Assembly: GCA_963640745.1 (NCBI GenBank)
Contig: CAVIBB010000001.1
Location: 13,155 to 77,154, forward strand
Source of the DNA: Paludibacteraceae bacterium
GTDB lineage: Bacteria > Actinomycetota > Coriobacteriia > Coriobacteriales > Atopobiaceae
Reading direction: 5' to 3'
Length of the DNA: 64,000 nucleotides
Within the stretch, counting starts at the first letter, position 1, and each line of letters starts with the position of its first letter. Below the pieces are notes generated by a model. It did no database searches, was not told the DNA's origin, and saw only the letters and a program-made list of their open reading frames with translations. The position numbers were made by a program, and so were the translations under genes. Of this stretch, positions 19,238 through 29,583 are shown piece after piece.

Positions 19238-20665
19238 ATGGACGAGCAGCAGCTCAAGCAAGACGTCGACGCCTACGTCGACGAGATCTGGGAAGACGCC
19301 GTCGAGGACATCCGCACCCTGGTAAAGATCGAGTCCGTCGAGGACCTTGAGCACGCCGAACCCGGCAAGCCCTGGGGCCCGGCCGCCAACGAGGCCCTCG
19401 TCGCCGCCGAGAAGATCGCCGAGCGCCTGGGCCTTTCCGTCACCGACCTCGACGGCTACATCGGCTACGCGGACCTCGCCGGCGAGCGCGACGCCTACAT
19501 CGCGACCATCGCGCACACCGACATCGTGCCGCTCGGCCTCGGCTGGACCTTCCCGCCCCTCGACGTCACGCGCAAGGACGGCTACCTCATCGGCCGTGGC
19601 GTCCTCGACGACAAGGGGCCCTTTGTCCTCTCGCTCTACGCCGCCCACTTCTTTGCGCGCCAGGTCGAGGCCACCGGCAAGAAGCTCCCCTACACGCTGC
19701 GCTGCATCATCGGCAACAACGAGGAGACCTCGATGGGCGACGTCCCCGTCTACCTCGAGCACTGCCCTGAGCCGGCATTCTGCTTCTCGCCCGACGCCGA
19801 CTTCCCGCTGATTTGCGGCGAGAAGGGCGTCTACCAGGGCGAGTTCCGCAGCAACGAGGCCATCGCAGGCAACGCGCTCCTCGAGCTCGACGGCGGCACC
19901 GTGGCCAACGCCATCCCCGGCCTCGCCACCGCGCTCGTGCGCGCCGACGCCGCGGCGCTTCCCGCTGCCGACCACATCGAGGTCGAGGACGCCGGCGACG
20001 GCCTCGCGCGCGTCTCGGCCCACGGCAAGGGCGGCCACGCGTCGCTGCCCGCCGGCACCGTCAACGCCATCGGGCTGCTCGCACGCTACCTGCTGGCCAA
20101 CGACCTCGTGGACGACGCCAACCGCGCCTTCGTCGAGCTGCAGGTCGCCCTTACCGAGGACACCGACGGCACCCACACCGGCCTCGCCGCACACGACGAG
20201 AAGTTCGGCCCCCTCACCTGCATCGCCGGCACTGTCCGCACGGTGGACGGCCACTTCGTCCAGACCATCGACTCCCGCTACCCCACGAGCACCACGGGCG
20301 ACGCCATCACGGCGCGCATGACCGAGCTCGGGGCCGCGCACGGCTGCGCCTACCGCGCGCTCGAGGACAAGGTCCCCTTCTACATCGACCCCGCCCGCCC
20401 CGAGATCGAGGCGCTTCTTGCCACCTACGGCGAGTACGCCGGCAAGAAGGCTGAGGCGTTCTGCATCGGCGGCGGCACCTACGCGCGCAAGTTCAAGCGC
20501 GCCTGCGCCTTCGGCCCCCACGAGAACAACCCCGACGAGCCGGAGTGGGTCGGCATGGAGCACGGCCCCGACGAGGGCGTTTCCGAGGCTGACCTCAAGC
20601 GCGCGCTCAAGGTCTACATCGTGAGCATCGCACGCCTCATGGAGCTCGAGCTCGAGGAGGACTAA
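19238..20665 (+). CDS. pepV: M20 family metallo-dipeptidase (PepV/Sapep-like)
   Basis: HTDIVP, GRGVLDDKGP, NEETSM, PDADFP, GGGTYAR and HGPDE motifs; AGGAGGAG RBS. Confidence 0.88.
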   Translation: MDEQQLKQDVDAYVDEIWEDAVEDIRTLVKIESVEDLEHAEPGKPWGPAANEALVAAEKIAERLGLSVTDLDGYIGYADLAGERDAYIATIAHTDIVPLGLGWTFPPLDVTRKDGYLIGRGVLDDKGPFVLSLYAAHFFARQVEATGKKLPYTLRCIIGNNEETSMGDVPVYLEHCPEPAFCFSPDADFPLICGEKGVYQGEFRSNEAIAGNALLELDGGTVANAIPGLATALVRADAAALPAADHIEVEDAGDGLARVSAHGKGGHASLPAGTVNAIGLLARYLLANDLVDDANRAFVELQVALTEDTDGTHTGLAAHDEKFGPLTCIAGTVRTVDGHFVQTIDSRYPTSTTGDAITARMTELGAAHGCAYRALEDKVPFYIDPARPEIEALLATYGEYAGKKAEAFCIGGGTYARKFKRACAFGPHENNPDEPEWVGMEHGPDEGVSEADLKRALKVYIVSIARLMELELEED

Positions 20666-20760
20666 CCGGCCGTACCTCACGGCCTCGCGTTGCAGCCTCG
20701 CGTCGCGACCCCGCGTCGCGACCCCGCAGGCGCTCAGCGCCCGGCAAATCACATCAAGAA

Positions 20761-20800
20761 AGGGCCTCTTGCCACCCACGGCAAGAGGCCCTTGTTGCTT
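20761..20800. terminator. Bidirectional terminator between pepV and yfhO
   Basis: AGGGCCTCTTGCC-ACCCAC-GGCAAGAGGCCCT, flanked by A-rich and T-rich tracts. Confidence 0.75.
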
Positions 20801-20811
20801 CCTGGCCTGTC

Positions 20812-23448
20812 TTACACCCCGGCCGCAGCCCCGGCCGAGCGGCCAAGCCCCACGCCTCGCACAGCCCGTCGCCGCGCTACCGAGCCCCAACCAAGAAGCC
20901 CGACCACGCTGACGGCAGAGATTGCGCAGCCCGCATAAAAGCCCGGGCTCACAAAGCGCATCTGAATCGTGTTCGACCCCGACTTGACCGGCACGAGCGT
21001 CAGCGCGTCGCCGAACGCCTGCGCGGTCTGGACCTCCTCGCCGTTGACCGTCACGGTCCAGCCGTCCTCATACGGCACGCTCACCATGACCCAGCCATCC
21101 GAGGCGGCCTCCACCGTCGCGTCGATCCCCTTGCCGCCGAACGACCCGAAGCTCAGCTCATGGGCCGAGAGCTCCGATGTGACCTCCTCAAGCGCATCGA
21201 GGTCGAGGTAATACAGGTCGCAGTCCGCCGAGGCCAGCCCCGAGCACCAATAAGAATTCGAGACCGCCGAAATCGTCACGGTGTGGACACCGCCGGCCTC
21301 GCCCTCGACGGCGCCGAACGGACGGATGGAATACTGGAAACGCCACCCCTCGTCCTCGGTCCTCGAATCATCGACCGTGAGGCTGACGACCTGGCCGCGG
21401 TCGTCCATCGATTCGACGTAGGCGTAACCCAGCGCGCCCGCGGGCACGCTGACCTGCCAGGTCTTCTGGTCTGACGTGTCGGTCACAAGCGTCGCGTCGG
21501 CGCGCTTAAAGAGCTGCACCTCATGGCCGACGAGCGCGCTCGCGAGCGAGTTCTGCCGCTCGAAGGGATTCTCGCCGGTAAGCTCCGCCCCGACCGCCGC
21601 GTCGGCAACGGCATAGCCGAGCGAGAGCGCATAGGGGTTCTCGTACACGCCGGTCCCGTCGACGGTGGGCGCCCCGGCGACCTCAGCCAAGCCGGCGTGC
21701 CCGTACCCACTGGACGTGTACTTGACGCCCAGGAGCGCGTCGGAGGCCAGCACGGACTTCGCGTAGCGCGCATGCATGAGGCCCTTCTTGGTGTAGCCGA
21801 GGGCCCCGAGGAAATCCAGCGCGGACTGGTTGTGCGCCGACGAATACGACGAGATGCCCAGGTAATCGCAGCCCATGGCTTCGTTCAAGGCCGCCTTCCC
21901 CGCGCGGACGTAGGTACGCTCCATGCGCCAGGCGCCCAAATCGTTCTCCTTAAGCCACGCCACCTGAGCCTCCGACTCCTGGTAATACGCGTCGTTGTAG
22001 TCCTGCGGGTAGTCGACGTACATCGTCCTCCACGTCAGCCATGCCCCGGCGGCCAGATCGACGACGGCGAGAAGCGCGATGGCCGCGCCGACGCCCTTCT
22101 TGCCGGCAACGCGCAGAGAGACGGAGTCGAGCCGACCGAGGGGTGAGGAGCCGTCCGAACGGACCGCGCTCCACCAGAACGCCGCCATCCACATCATCGT
22201 CGGCGCGACAAAGATGCACGGGCGCGAGAAGAACCCGGACGGCTGCCTAAAGCCGCACCAGATGGCCTGCAGCGGCTTCAGGATGATCGAGGCCAGCATA
22301 ACGACGACGAGAATCCCCGCCGCCCGCTTGGCCGCCCTGCTCACCCGACGCGACGCGAAGAAGGCCACGAAACACGCAAGGAGCAGCACACCGCAGTAGA
22401 ACTGGGGGATATCAAGTTTCGAGTTGTACAGGGCGGGCACGAGCCCGCGGAGCAGGTTGAGCCGGCCCGTCGTGACGAGGGCACCCCAAAAGGATTTCGA
22501 CGAATCGGCGCTCACTATCTTGGCGAGGATGCCGAGGAAACCGACCCCCTCCGAGCCGCCGGAGCCGAGCATCGCCTTAACGGTGGGCACGAACGTCCAG
22601 GCGGAAAGAAGGAGCGCCACGACCATGGGTCGCGCAAAGCGCAGGGCGAGCCGGGGGACCGAGCAGCGCTTCTTGCCGCAGGCGCGCTCGAGCAGCGCGA
22701 ACAACACGCAGAACAGCACCGTCATGAATGCCGTGTACCAGCACACGATGACGTCAGCGGCCATCAGGAGCGCCAGGGGCAGCCAGCGGCCGCGCTCCGC
22801 CAGCTGCCAAACCGCCCACATAATGAGCGGCAACAGCACAAGCGCGTCAAGCCACATGGGATTGCGCAGGTTGGTCGCCACCCACATCGACCAGGTGTAG
22901 CCCAAGGCAAGCGAGAAGGACGACGCCCGGCCCAGGCCAAACCGACGCCGCAGGTAGAACACCGCCGAAAGCTGCATGAAGCCAAGCCTGAGCGCATCGG
23001 ACACAAAGACGAACAGCGTGACGCGGTCCTCGCCGAACAGCGGCAACATCAGGTTAAGCGGACTTGCCAAATAGTAGCTGTACAGGCCCCAGGCGTTCGC
23101 CCCGAGACCGCAGGACGCGCAGTAGAAGATCGACTCCTCACCACGGAGCACCCGGCAGAACCAGCGGTAAAAGTCCACGTACTGGTATTTGAGGTCCTCG
23201 GTCAGGAAGGACTGCTCGCCGAAGGGGTACACCCCCGAGGCCGCGGCCACCGCGCACAGCATAACGATCGGCACGACAAAGCACAGCAGCCAGAAGCTCG
23301 CCTTGCCCCAGGCGACGCGCCGCTCTTTGCGCGCCTCAGCAAAGGGGCCACATGACAGCGCCCCCTCCTCTTTGCCGTCGGCGTCGACGGTCGCGGAGGA
23401 GGGGGTGACGGTGGGAACGGGTTTGAGGCCCGCGGTATTCTCGTCCAT
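20812..23448 (-). CDS. YfhO family membrane protein (GT-C-like glycosyltransferase)
   Basis: DLKYQYVDFY, YYLASPLN, NPMWLDALVLLP, VPYEDGWTVTVNG; many TM segments. Confidence 0.88.
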   Translation of the reverse strand: MDENTAGLKPVPTVTPSSATVDADGKEEGALSCGPFAEARKERRVAWGKASFWLLCFVVPIVMLCAVAAASGVYPFGEQSFLTEDLKYQYVDFYRWFCRVLRGEESIFYCASCGLGANAWGLYSYYLASPLNLMLPLFGEDRVTLFVFVSDALRLGFMQLSAVFYLRRRFGLGRASSFSLALGYTWSMWVATNLRNPMWLDALVLLPLIMWAVWQLAERGRWLPLALLMAADVIVCWYTAFMTVLFCVLFALLERACGKKRCSVPRLALRFARPMVVALLLSAWTFVPTVKAMLGSGGSEGVGFLGILAKIVSADSSKSFWGALVTTGRLNLLRGLVPALYNSKLDIPQFYCGVLLLACFVAFFASRRVSRAAKRAAGILVVVMLASIILKPLQAIWCGFRQPSGFFSRPCIFVAPTMMWMAAFWWSAVRSDGSSPLGRLDSVSLRVAGKKGVGAAIALLAVVDLAAGAWLTWRTMYVDYPQDYNDAYYQESEAQVAWLKENDLGAWRMERTYVRAGKAALNEAMGCDYLGISSYSSAHNQSALDFLGALGYTKKGLMHARYAKSVLASDALLGVKYTSSGYGHAGLAEVAGAPTVDGTGVYENPYALSLGYAVADAAVGAELTGENPFERQNSLASALVGHEVQLFKRADATLVTDTSDQKTWQVSVPAGALGYAYVESMDDRGQVVSLTVDDSRTEDEGWRFQYSIRPFGAVEGEAGGVHTVTISAVSNSYWCSGLASADCDLYYLDLDALEEVTSELSAHELSFGSFGGKGIDATVEAASDGWVMVSVPYEDGWTVTVNGEEVQTAQAFGDALTLVPVKSGSNTIQMRFVSPGFYAGCAISAVSVVGLLGWGSVARRRAVRGVGLGRSAGAAAGV

Positions 23449-23610
23449 AAAAGCACTTTCGGCCGGGGGAAACTTCTGCTTAATGTGTACCCATGCTACA
23501 CCGAGTGCGCGGCCGCATCGGCAGCGTAACGGCCTGCGGCCCGGCGACGCCGCCCGGAAGCAGAATGAAATCCCCGCCCTTCGCCCCCGCCCGCCTGCGC
23601 TCGCCCCGCA

Positions 23611-23709
23611 GTTGTGAAGACTTCACTTCGTGAAGAAGCCCTCACAACCCCCGATTCGGGCGAAAATTCGCGTTGTGAAGGCTGGATTCAGCTGTGAAGT
23701 CTTCACAAG
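23611..23709. repeat. Imperfect 38-bp inverted repeat element
   Basis: TTGTGAAGACTTCAC...GTGAAGTCTTCACAA outer arms with inner TCACAAC/GTTGTGA pairing and a 23-bp loop. Confidence 0.8.
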
Positions 23710-23806
23710 TGGCGGATGCCCGACCGACCGCGGCGCCTCGCCCGACCGCGGCGCCTCGCCCGCGTCAGGTGCGCTGGCAGGAGGCGAACGCGGGCGAAAC
23801 TCGGCG

Positions 23807-24655
23807 CTACAGCGCGTGCCAGCTCGGCTCCATGTGATCGAAGGTGCAGAACTCCTCAAAGCCAAGATCGCGGAGACGCTCGTGGCACTCGCAGATGTGG
23901 GCGCCCAGGTGCTCCGGCTTGTGCGAGTCGCTGCCCAGGGTGAGCACGCGGCCGCCGAGGTCATGGTACAGGCGCAAAACGTCGGTGCTCGGCTGCAGGT
24001 CGGGCAGGCCGTAGCGGAAGCTCGACGTGTTGAGCTCGATGCCCTTGCCGTCGGCGATCACCTGCTCGAGGATGGCCGCGACCACGTCGCGAGTCTCCCC
24101 AAAGGGAAACTCGCCGGCCGGGTCGTAGCGACGGATCAGGTCGAGGTGACCGAGCACCGAGTAGTCCTTGAACGTCTGGACGACGCGAAGAAGCTCCTCG
24201 TAGTAGGCCATGTTGTACTCCCGCTGTGTACGGTCGCGCTGGAAGTCGCCGGTCCAGAACTCAAGGTCCCCCACCTCGTGAATCGAGCAGATAACAAAGT
24301 CGAGCTTATCTTCCCAGGCCTTGAACAGCGCGTGGTTGCGGTCCACGAGATGGCTCTGGACGCCGAGCTCGAGGCCGGCCTTGATCGTCAGCTTGCCGGC
24401 GAACTCGGCCTGCGCGGCCTCGATGGCCGCGAAGTAACGCGGGTAGTCGACGTTGAGCACCGGCTCGCCGTCCTCGAGGCGCGCGAGCGAGGGGTCGCGG
24501 CGGTACTCGTCAACGTCGGGCTTGACGCCGTAGTCGACGTGGTCGGTAAAGCAGATCTGCTCAAGCCCGAGGGTGACCGCGTCGCTGCACACGGCCAGCA
24601 GCGGATAAACGGAATCGTCGGAAAATTCGCAGTGCACGTGGTAGTCAGCAAGCAT
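23807..24655 (-). CDS. Histidinol-phosphatase, PHP (HisJ) family
   Basis: DYHVHCEFSDDS, FTDH, GHLDL, ELNTS, LGSDSH motifs. Confidence 0.85.
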   Translation of the reverse strand: MLADYHVHCEFSDDSVYPLLAVCSDAVTLGLEQICFTDHVDYGVKPDVDEYRRDPSLARLEDGEPVLNVDYPRYFAAIEAAQAEFAGKLTIKAGLELGVQSHLVDRNHALFKAWEDKLDFVICSIHEVGDLEFWTGDFQRDRTQREYNMAYYEELLRVVQTFKDYSVLGHLDLIRRYDPAGEFPFGETRDVVAAILEQVIADGKGIELNTSSFRYGLPDLQPSTDVLRLYHDLGGRVLTLGSDSHKPEHLGAHICECHERLRDLGFEEFCTFDHMEPSWHAL

Positions 24656-24670
24656 GATTGAACTCCTTAT

Positions 24671-25888
24671 CTATTCAGTGACGCAATCGGTCGCTAGCTC
24701 GGCTGCGTGAGCGAGCCTCACGTTTGCCCGCTCGGAAAGAAGCACCATGACCGTCAGCACGCCGACGAGCAGCACCGGCACGAGCGCGGCCCCGCCGTCC
24801 GAGACCAGCAGCGCGCAGAGCGGCGGCGCGAAGGTCGAGCCCACGTAGGCGCAGGCCATCTGAAGGCTGACCATGGACTGCGACGCCGCCTCGCCGAAGC
24901 GCTCGGGAGTGAGCGCGATGATGCTCGGGTAGATGGGCGCGCACCCCAGGCCGATGAGCGCGAGGGCGCACGAAAGCATGACCTCTCCCTGCCCGACGAC
25001 GAGCAGCGCAAGCCCCGCGACCACGACGACCTGGCCGCCGCGAATCATGTTCCTGCTGCCCACGCGCGGCGCGATGAAGCCCGAGATGAGCCGCCCCACC
25101 GTGATGCCCATATAAAAGAACGAGACCATCGTCGCCGCCTGCGCCTCTGCGATGCCCCGCGCGAGCACCAGATGGCTCGCCGACCAGAGACCGCAGACGT
25201 ACTCGAAGGCGCTATAGCAGCCGAACGAGAAGATGGCCGACTTGGCGCCGGGAATGCGAAGCACCTCGGCGTAGGTGAAGCCGCCCTGGGCCGCGGCCTC
25301 GCCGGCCGGCTCGCCCTCGCCCTCGACCGCCTCGCCGTCTCCCGCGCGCTTCCACAGCGGCAGCGAGAAGACCATAACCGCGGTGATGACGGCCTGGATA
25401 ACGCCCACGGCCAAGTAGCCCGCGTGCCAACCCAGCGGGCCCGTGAGCGCCCAGCCCATGATGACGGGGCTCACGCTCGTGCCGATTCCCCAGCAGCAGT
25501 GCAGCCAGCTCATGTGCCTCTCGCCGTAATGGACGGCCACGTAGCTGTTGAGCGCCGAGTCAATGGAGCCCGCGCCCAGGCCGTACGGAAGCGCGAGCAG
25601 AAGCAGCTGCCACAAGCTCACGCTCGCCGAGAAGCCGAGGATAGCGGCGGCGGTCAGGGCGACGGACCCCGCAACGAGCTTGCCCGTGCCGAGCCGTCGC
25701 ATCAGCGGCGCCGTCGCCAGACTCGAGACGACGGTGCAGGCGGTAATGATCGTCGTAATGGCGCTCTGAGCCGCCACCGGAGCGCCAAGGTCCGTGTACA
25801 TGACGGGCCAAGCCGAGCCGAGCAGCGAGTCCGGCAGCCCGAGCGAGACGAACGCGATGTAGATGACGGGGAGAAGCAGTGAGGCCAT
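24671..25888 (-). CDS. MFS transporter
   Basis: AFVSLGLPDSLLGSAWP, GLGAGSIDSALN; about 12 TM helices. Confidence 0.88.
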   Translation of the reverse strand: MASLLLPVIYIAFVSLGLPDSLLGSAWPVMYTDLGAPVAAQSAITTIITACTVVSSLATAPLMRRLGTGKLVAGSVALTAAAILGFSASVSLWQLLLLALPYGLGAGSIDSALNSYVAVHYGERHMSWLHCCWGIGTSVSPVIMGWALTGPLGWHAGYLAVGVIQAVITAVMVFSLPLWKRAGDGEAVEGEGEPAGEAAAQGGFTYAEVLRIPGAKSAIFSFGCYSAFEYVCGLWSASHLVLARGIAEAQAATMVSFFYMGITVGRLISGFIAPRVGSRNMIRGGQVVVVAGLALLVVGQGEVMLSCALALIGLGCAPIYPSIIALTPERFGEAASQSMVSLQMACAYVGSTFAPPLCALLVSDGGAALVPVLLVGVLTVMVLLSERANVRLAHAAELATDCVTE

Positions 25889-25994
25889 TTGACTTCCTTA
25901 GGCTACGATGCGTAACGTAACTCTGTCATATTACCGACAGCGCCAAACGCATTTTGCCCGATATACGCCAGATACTATAAGGAATCCGCCAACT

Positions 25995-26894
25995 ATGCTT
26001 CATGGTCCCCGCTGCATGCTCAACCTCGACGAGACTAACCAGGAACTCGACGCGACGGGAGACCGCGACTTCGGCTGCCGCGGTTTCGACGAGCTCTACG
26101 GGCACGAGCCCGGCGACGACCTCCCCTGGCACTGGCACGAGGCCTTCGAGGCCATTCTCTGCGTCGAGGGCTCCTTCAAACTCCTCGTGGCGAACAGGTC
26201 CGTCACGCTCACGCCGGGCATGGCCGCGTTCGTCAACGCCTGGCGTCCCCACTCCGCGACCGGCGCCCCGAACGCGCGCATACGATCCGTCGTCTTCGAG
26301 GGCGAGCTCGTGGGCGGCGCCCCGGCCACGGCCATCTCCCGCCGCTACGTCGAGCCGCTTAAGGTGGCCTCCGGCGCAGACCTCCTCGTCTTTAGGCCGA
26401 GCGACGCCGGCGAGAACCGCTTCGCATGGCACCTCGCGCAGGCCGTCGACGCGCTCGAGGCCGAGGAGCCCGGCTACGAGATCGAGGTGCGCGCCCATCT
26501 TTCCCATGCGTTTCTCTCCGCTTGGGTGGTCGCCGGGGCGCCCGCGCCCGTAAGCGCCGAGGACACCGTGAGCGCCGAGCGCTCAGCACTCATGCGCGAC
26601 TACATCGCCGCCCACTACGCCGAGAAGCTCACCGTGGGGCAAATCGCCGCCGCGGCCGGCGTGAGCGAGCGCGAGTGCCTGCGCTGCTTTACCAAGACCT
26701 TCGGGGTGAGCCCTTCTCGCTACCTGCTGATCCATCGGCTCTCTAAAGCTGCGGAGCTGCTTGCCAGCACCGACACGCCCATTGCCGAGGTGGGTCGGGC
26801 CGTGGGAATTCAGAGCCCGAGCAACTTCGCCCAGCTCTTCCGCCGCGATTACCACTGCACCCCGCGAATGTACCGCGTCCGCGCGCGAGGGTAG
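25995..26894 (+). CDS. AraC family regulator with cupin sensor domain
   Basis: PWHWHEAFE cupin motif and C-terminal double HTH (SERECLRCF...SPSNFAQLFRR). Divergent from the MFS gene; start uncertain. Confidence 0.88.
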   Translation: MLHGPRCMLNLDETNQELDATGDRDFGCRGFDELYGHEPGDDLPWHWHEAFEAILCVEGSFKLLVANRSVTLTPGMAAFVNAWRPHSATGAPNARIRSVVFEGELVGGAPATAISRRYVEPLKVASGADLLVFRPSDAGENRFAWHLAQAVDALEAEEPGYEIEVRAHLSHAFLSAWVVAGAPAPVSAEDTVSAERSALMRDYIAAHYAEKLTVGQIAAAAGVSERECLRCFTKTFGVSPSRYLLIHRLSKAAELLASTDTPIAEVGRAVGIQSPSNFAQLFRRDYHCTPRMYRVRARG

Positions 26895-26958
26895 GCCAGC
26901 GGCGGGGGTCATGCCGCGACGCCCAGAACGGGCTCGATCCGAATCAATCCGCCTGCGC

Positions 26959-27172
26959 TGCAAAGTTTTACGCCAAGTGCGACGCAGCACGGTGCTCCGT
27001 GCAAGGTTTTACGCCAAGTGCTGCGTAAAACAGGGCCCAACCGCCCCTCAAAAGGCGAAAACAGCCCCTAAATCCGCCTTGAAGGGCACTCCACGACCGA
27101 AATCACGTCGCACTTGGCGTAAAACCTTGCAGCGCATCGCCCGTTACGTCGCACTTGCGTAAAAACTTTGCA
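26959..27172. repeat. 41-bp-period mirror array, family B (2 + 2 cores of 26 bp)
   Basis: TGCAARGTTTTACGCCAAGTGC at 26959 and 27000; inverted copies at 27106 and 27147; 80-bp centre. Confidence 0.9.
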
Positions 27173-27188
27173 AGCCCGCCTGCCCCAA

Positions 27189-28127
27189 TCAGGCCTCGCC
27201 CCTGTCCGGGCGCTCAGAGACGTCCCCGACCTCGAGCACGGCGTCAAGCGCAGCCGTCTGGCGGCGGATTTTCCACGATATGTAGGCGCACGCGCCCATG
27301 TACACCAGGTCGAGCAGCACCTCGACGCTGCCCGTCCCCAGCTCCTGGCGCGTCACCACCCCTGCGACCACGCGCGCGACGTCGGCGAGGAACACCGCGC
27401 AGCTAATCGCCATAAACGGCGTGACGCGGCGCGGCCGGTTGGACCCCCAGATCCCGAGCATGGCCACACCCACGTTGATGGCTGCGTCGATCCCATAGCT
27501 AATAAGCAGTTGCTCGTAGCCGTCGACGGAAAGCCCCAGGTCGGAGGCCAGGTCAAGGCCGCCTTGTGCGAAGCACCCGATACCGAGCACGAACGCGACG
27601 GCGCCCAAGAGCGCCCCCTTGACGAGGATGACCTCGGAGAGCAGGTGGAGTGTGCGCTGATCGCCGTTGCGCAGGAAGACCTCGCCGCGCACGCCGCGCT
27701 CGTGTTCCTCGGCCACGCGGTCGGCGAGCTGCGAGCACACGATCACGTACGTCACCGTGCTCAGCAAAACGACGGGGTTAAAAAGCAGAAACGTCCCCAT
27801 CCCCCAGCCCCACACGACGGCCACCAGAATGACGAGCCCCACAAAGTAGCAGAGGTTGCGGTACGGCGTCACACGCGAGGAGTCGTCGGCCGCGCGAAGT
27901 CCCAGCCACGCCGTGACCAGCAGCAACGCTGCCGCGCCCATGATAATGCCGCCATAGGAGTACGCGAGCCAGGCCAACTCCTCGGAAAGCCCCAGCCGGT
28001 CGCGGTACCAAAACGCAAGCGCACCGCCCAGCACAACCACGCCGCCGATGATCGCCATGACGATAGAGACGACGCGCAGCGTGGCCTGGGCAGGCGTGCG
28101 CGGTACGGACGGCTGGATATCGTGCAT
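27189..28127 (-). CDS. Hypothetical integral membrane protein with internal duplication
   Basis: About 8 TM segments; the halves share LGLRAADDSSRVTPY and LGIWGSNRPRRVTPF. Confidence 0.7.
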   Translation of the reverse strand: MHDIQPSVPRTPAQATLRVVSIVMAIIGGVVVLGGALAFWYRDRLGLSEELAWLAYSYGGIIMGAAALLLVTAWLGLRAADDSSRVTPYRNLCYFVGLVILVAVVWGWGMGTFLLFNPVVLLSTVTYVIVCSQLADRVAEEHERGVRGEVFLRNGDQRTLHLLSEVILVKGALLGAVAFVLGIGCFAQGGLDLASDLGLSVDGYEQLLISYGIDAAINVGVAMLGIWGSNRPRRVTPFMAISCAVFLADVARVVAGVVTRQELGTGSVEVLLDLVYMGACAYISWKIRRQTAALDAVLEVGDVSERPDRGEA

Positions 28128-28157
28128 GAGGGTTCCTCTCGTTGGGAGACGAGGGGA

Positions 28158-28706
28158 TTATGCCCCAAACGACTCGCGCTCGAAGTCGGTCTTCTCGGCG
28201 AGGAAGCCGGCGTCGGCGAGGGCGGCCTCGATCTCGTCGAGCACCTCCTCAGACTCAGCCGTCACGTGATGGAAGTGATATCCGCTGGTAATGAGCATGA
28301 GCGGGCTCGACTTACCGGAATGAATCTGGTCCATATAGGCACGCACGTCGCGGCGGCTCGCGATGCCGAGCTCGCAAGAAAGGCGCCCGTAGACGCGGTG
28401 GTTGACGAGCACGTCGCGCACGTGTCCGCCGAGGTCGACGACGAGGTTCAGCTCGTCGGGCGTCTGCTCGACGGTGTGATGACACTTGATGAGCCGGCTC
28501 GGCCGCGTGGCCTCGCGCTCGATAACGTAGCCGCGGTTGGTCGAGTTGATGGGCCAGCCCTGGCTGCGCAGCAGCGCGATGTCCTGCACGACGACCTGGC
28601 GAGAAACGCCCGCCGCCTGAGCGAGCGCGGCCCCCGACGTGGGCGCCGAGGCCGAGGTCAGAATGCCGAGGATCTGCTCACGGCGCTTATCGCCCGCAGC
28701 GCTCAC
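28158..28706 (-). CDS. niaR: Niacin-responsive repressor NiaR (HTH + 3H domain)
   Basis: GVSRQVVVQDIALLR, STNRGY, HRVYG, GYHFHHV; GTG start overlaps the nadC stop. Confidence 0.92.
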   Translation of the reverse strand: MSAAGDKRREQILGILTSASAPTSGAALAQAAGVSRQVVVQDIALLRSQGWPINSTNRGYVIEREATRPSRLIKCHHTVEQTPDELNLVVDLGGHVRDVLVNHRVYGRLSCELGIASRRDVRAYMDQIHSGKSSPLMLITSGYHFHHVTAESEEVLDEIEAALADAGFLAEKTDFERESFGA

Positions 28707-29557
28707 TCGAAGACCTCCAGGTGCTTGAGCGAGAGATCCAGAATGCCGGCCGAGTGCGTCAATGCGCCGCAGCTCACGACGTCGACGCCGAGGTCGACGT
28801 AGTTGGCGGCGTTCTCGGCGCTCACGTTGCCGCTCGCCTCGACGGTCGCGCGGCCGCCGATGAGGGCGATAGCCTCGGCCATGACATCGTGGCCCATGTT
28901 GTCGAGCATGATGATGTCGGCGCCGGCCTCGACAGCCTCGCGAACCATGTCGAGCGACTCGCACTCGACCTCGACCTTGGCGGTAAAGGGCGCCGTCGCG
29001 CGCGCGGCCGCGACCGCCGCTGCGACGCCGCCGGCCGCGTCGATGTGGTTGTCCTTGAGCATCACGGCGTCGGAGAGGCCCGCGCGATGCAGCCCACCGC
29101 CGCCCAAACGCACCGCCTCGCGCTCAAAGATGCGCAGGCCAGGGGTGGTCTTTCTCGTGCAGACGAGGCGCGTCTTCGTTCCCTCGAAAAGCCGCGCGAT
29201 GCGGTGGGTGTATGTGGCGATGCCGCTCATGCGCTGGAGGAAGTTCAGCGCCGTGCGTTCCCCTTCCAGCAGCACGCGCACGTCGCCCTCGACCGTGGCG
29301 ATGTGCTGGCCGCGCGCAACCTCGTCGCCGTCGTCGACGAGCGCGTCCACCGTCGTGCCGGCGTCAATCAGCTCGAAGACGCGCGCGAACACGCCGAGGC
29401 CCGCAATCACGCCGTCCTGCTTGGCGATGAGCTGTACGCGCCCGCGACGCGGCTCGGGCATCACGGCCATGGTGCTAAGGTCGCCGGCCGGCATATCCTC
29501 CTCAAGGGCCAGAAGAATGGCGGAGTCCATCTTTGCCTGAAGCATCGGATCGGTCAT
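28703..29557 (-). CDS. nadC: Quinolinate phosphoribosyltransferase
   Basis: ERTALNFLQRMSGIAT, TRKTTPG, LKDNH, IMLDN, EASGN. Confidence 0.96.
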   Translation of the reverse strand: MTDPMLQAKMDSAILLALEEDMPAGDLSTMAVMPEPRRGRVQLIAKQDGVIAGLGVFARVFELIDAGTTVDALVDDGDEVARGQHIATVEGDVRVLLEGERTALNFLQRMSGIATYTHRIARLFEGTKTRLVCTRKTTPGLRIFEREAVRLGGGGLHRAGLSDAVMLKDNHIDAAGGVAAAVAAARATAPFTAKVEVECESLDMVREAVEAGADIIMLDNMGHDVMAEAIALIGGRATVEASGNVSAENAANYVDLGVDVVSCGALTHSAGILDLSLKHLEVFE

Positions 29558-29583
29558 CGTATCCGTCCTTTCTTGCCTGAGCT

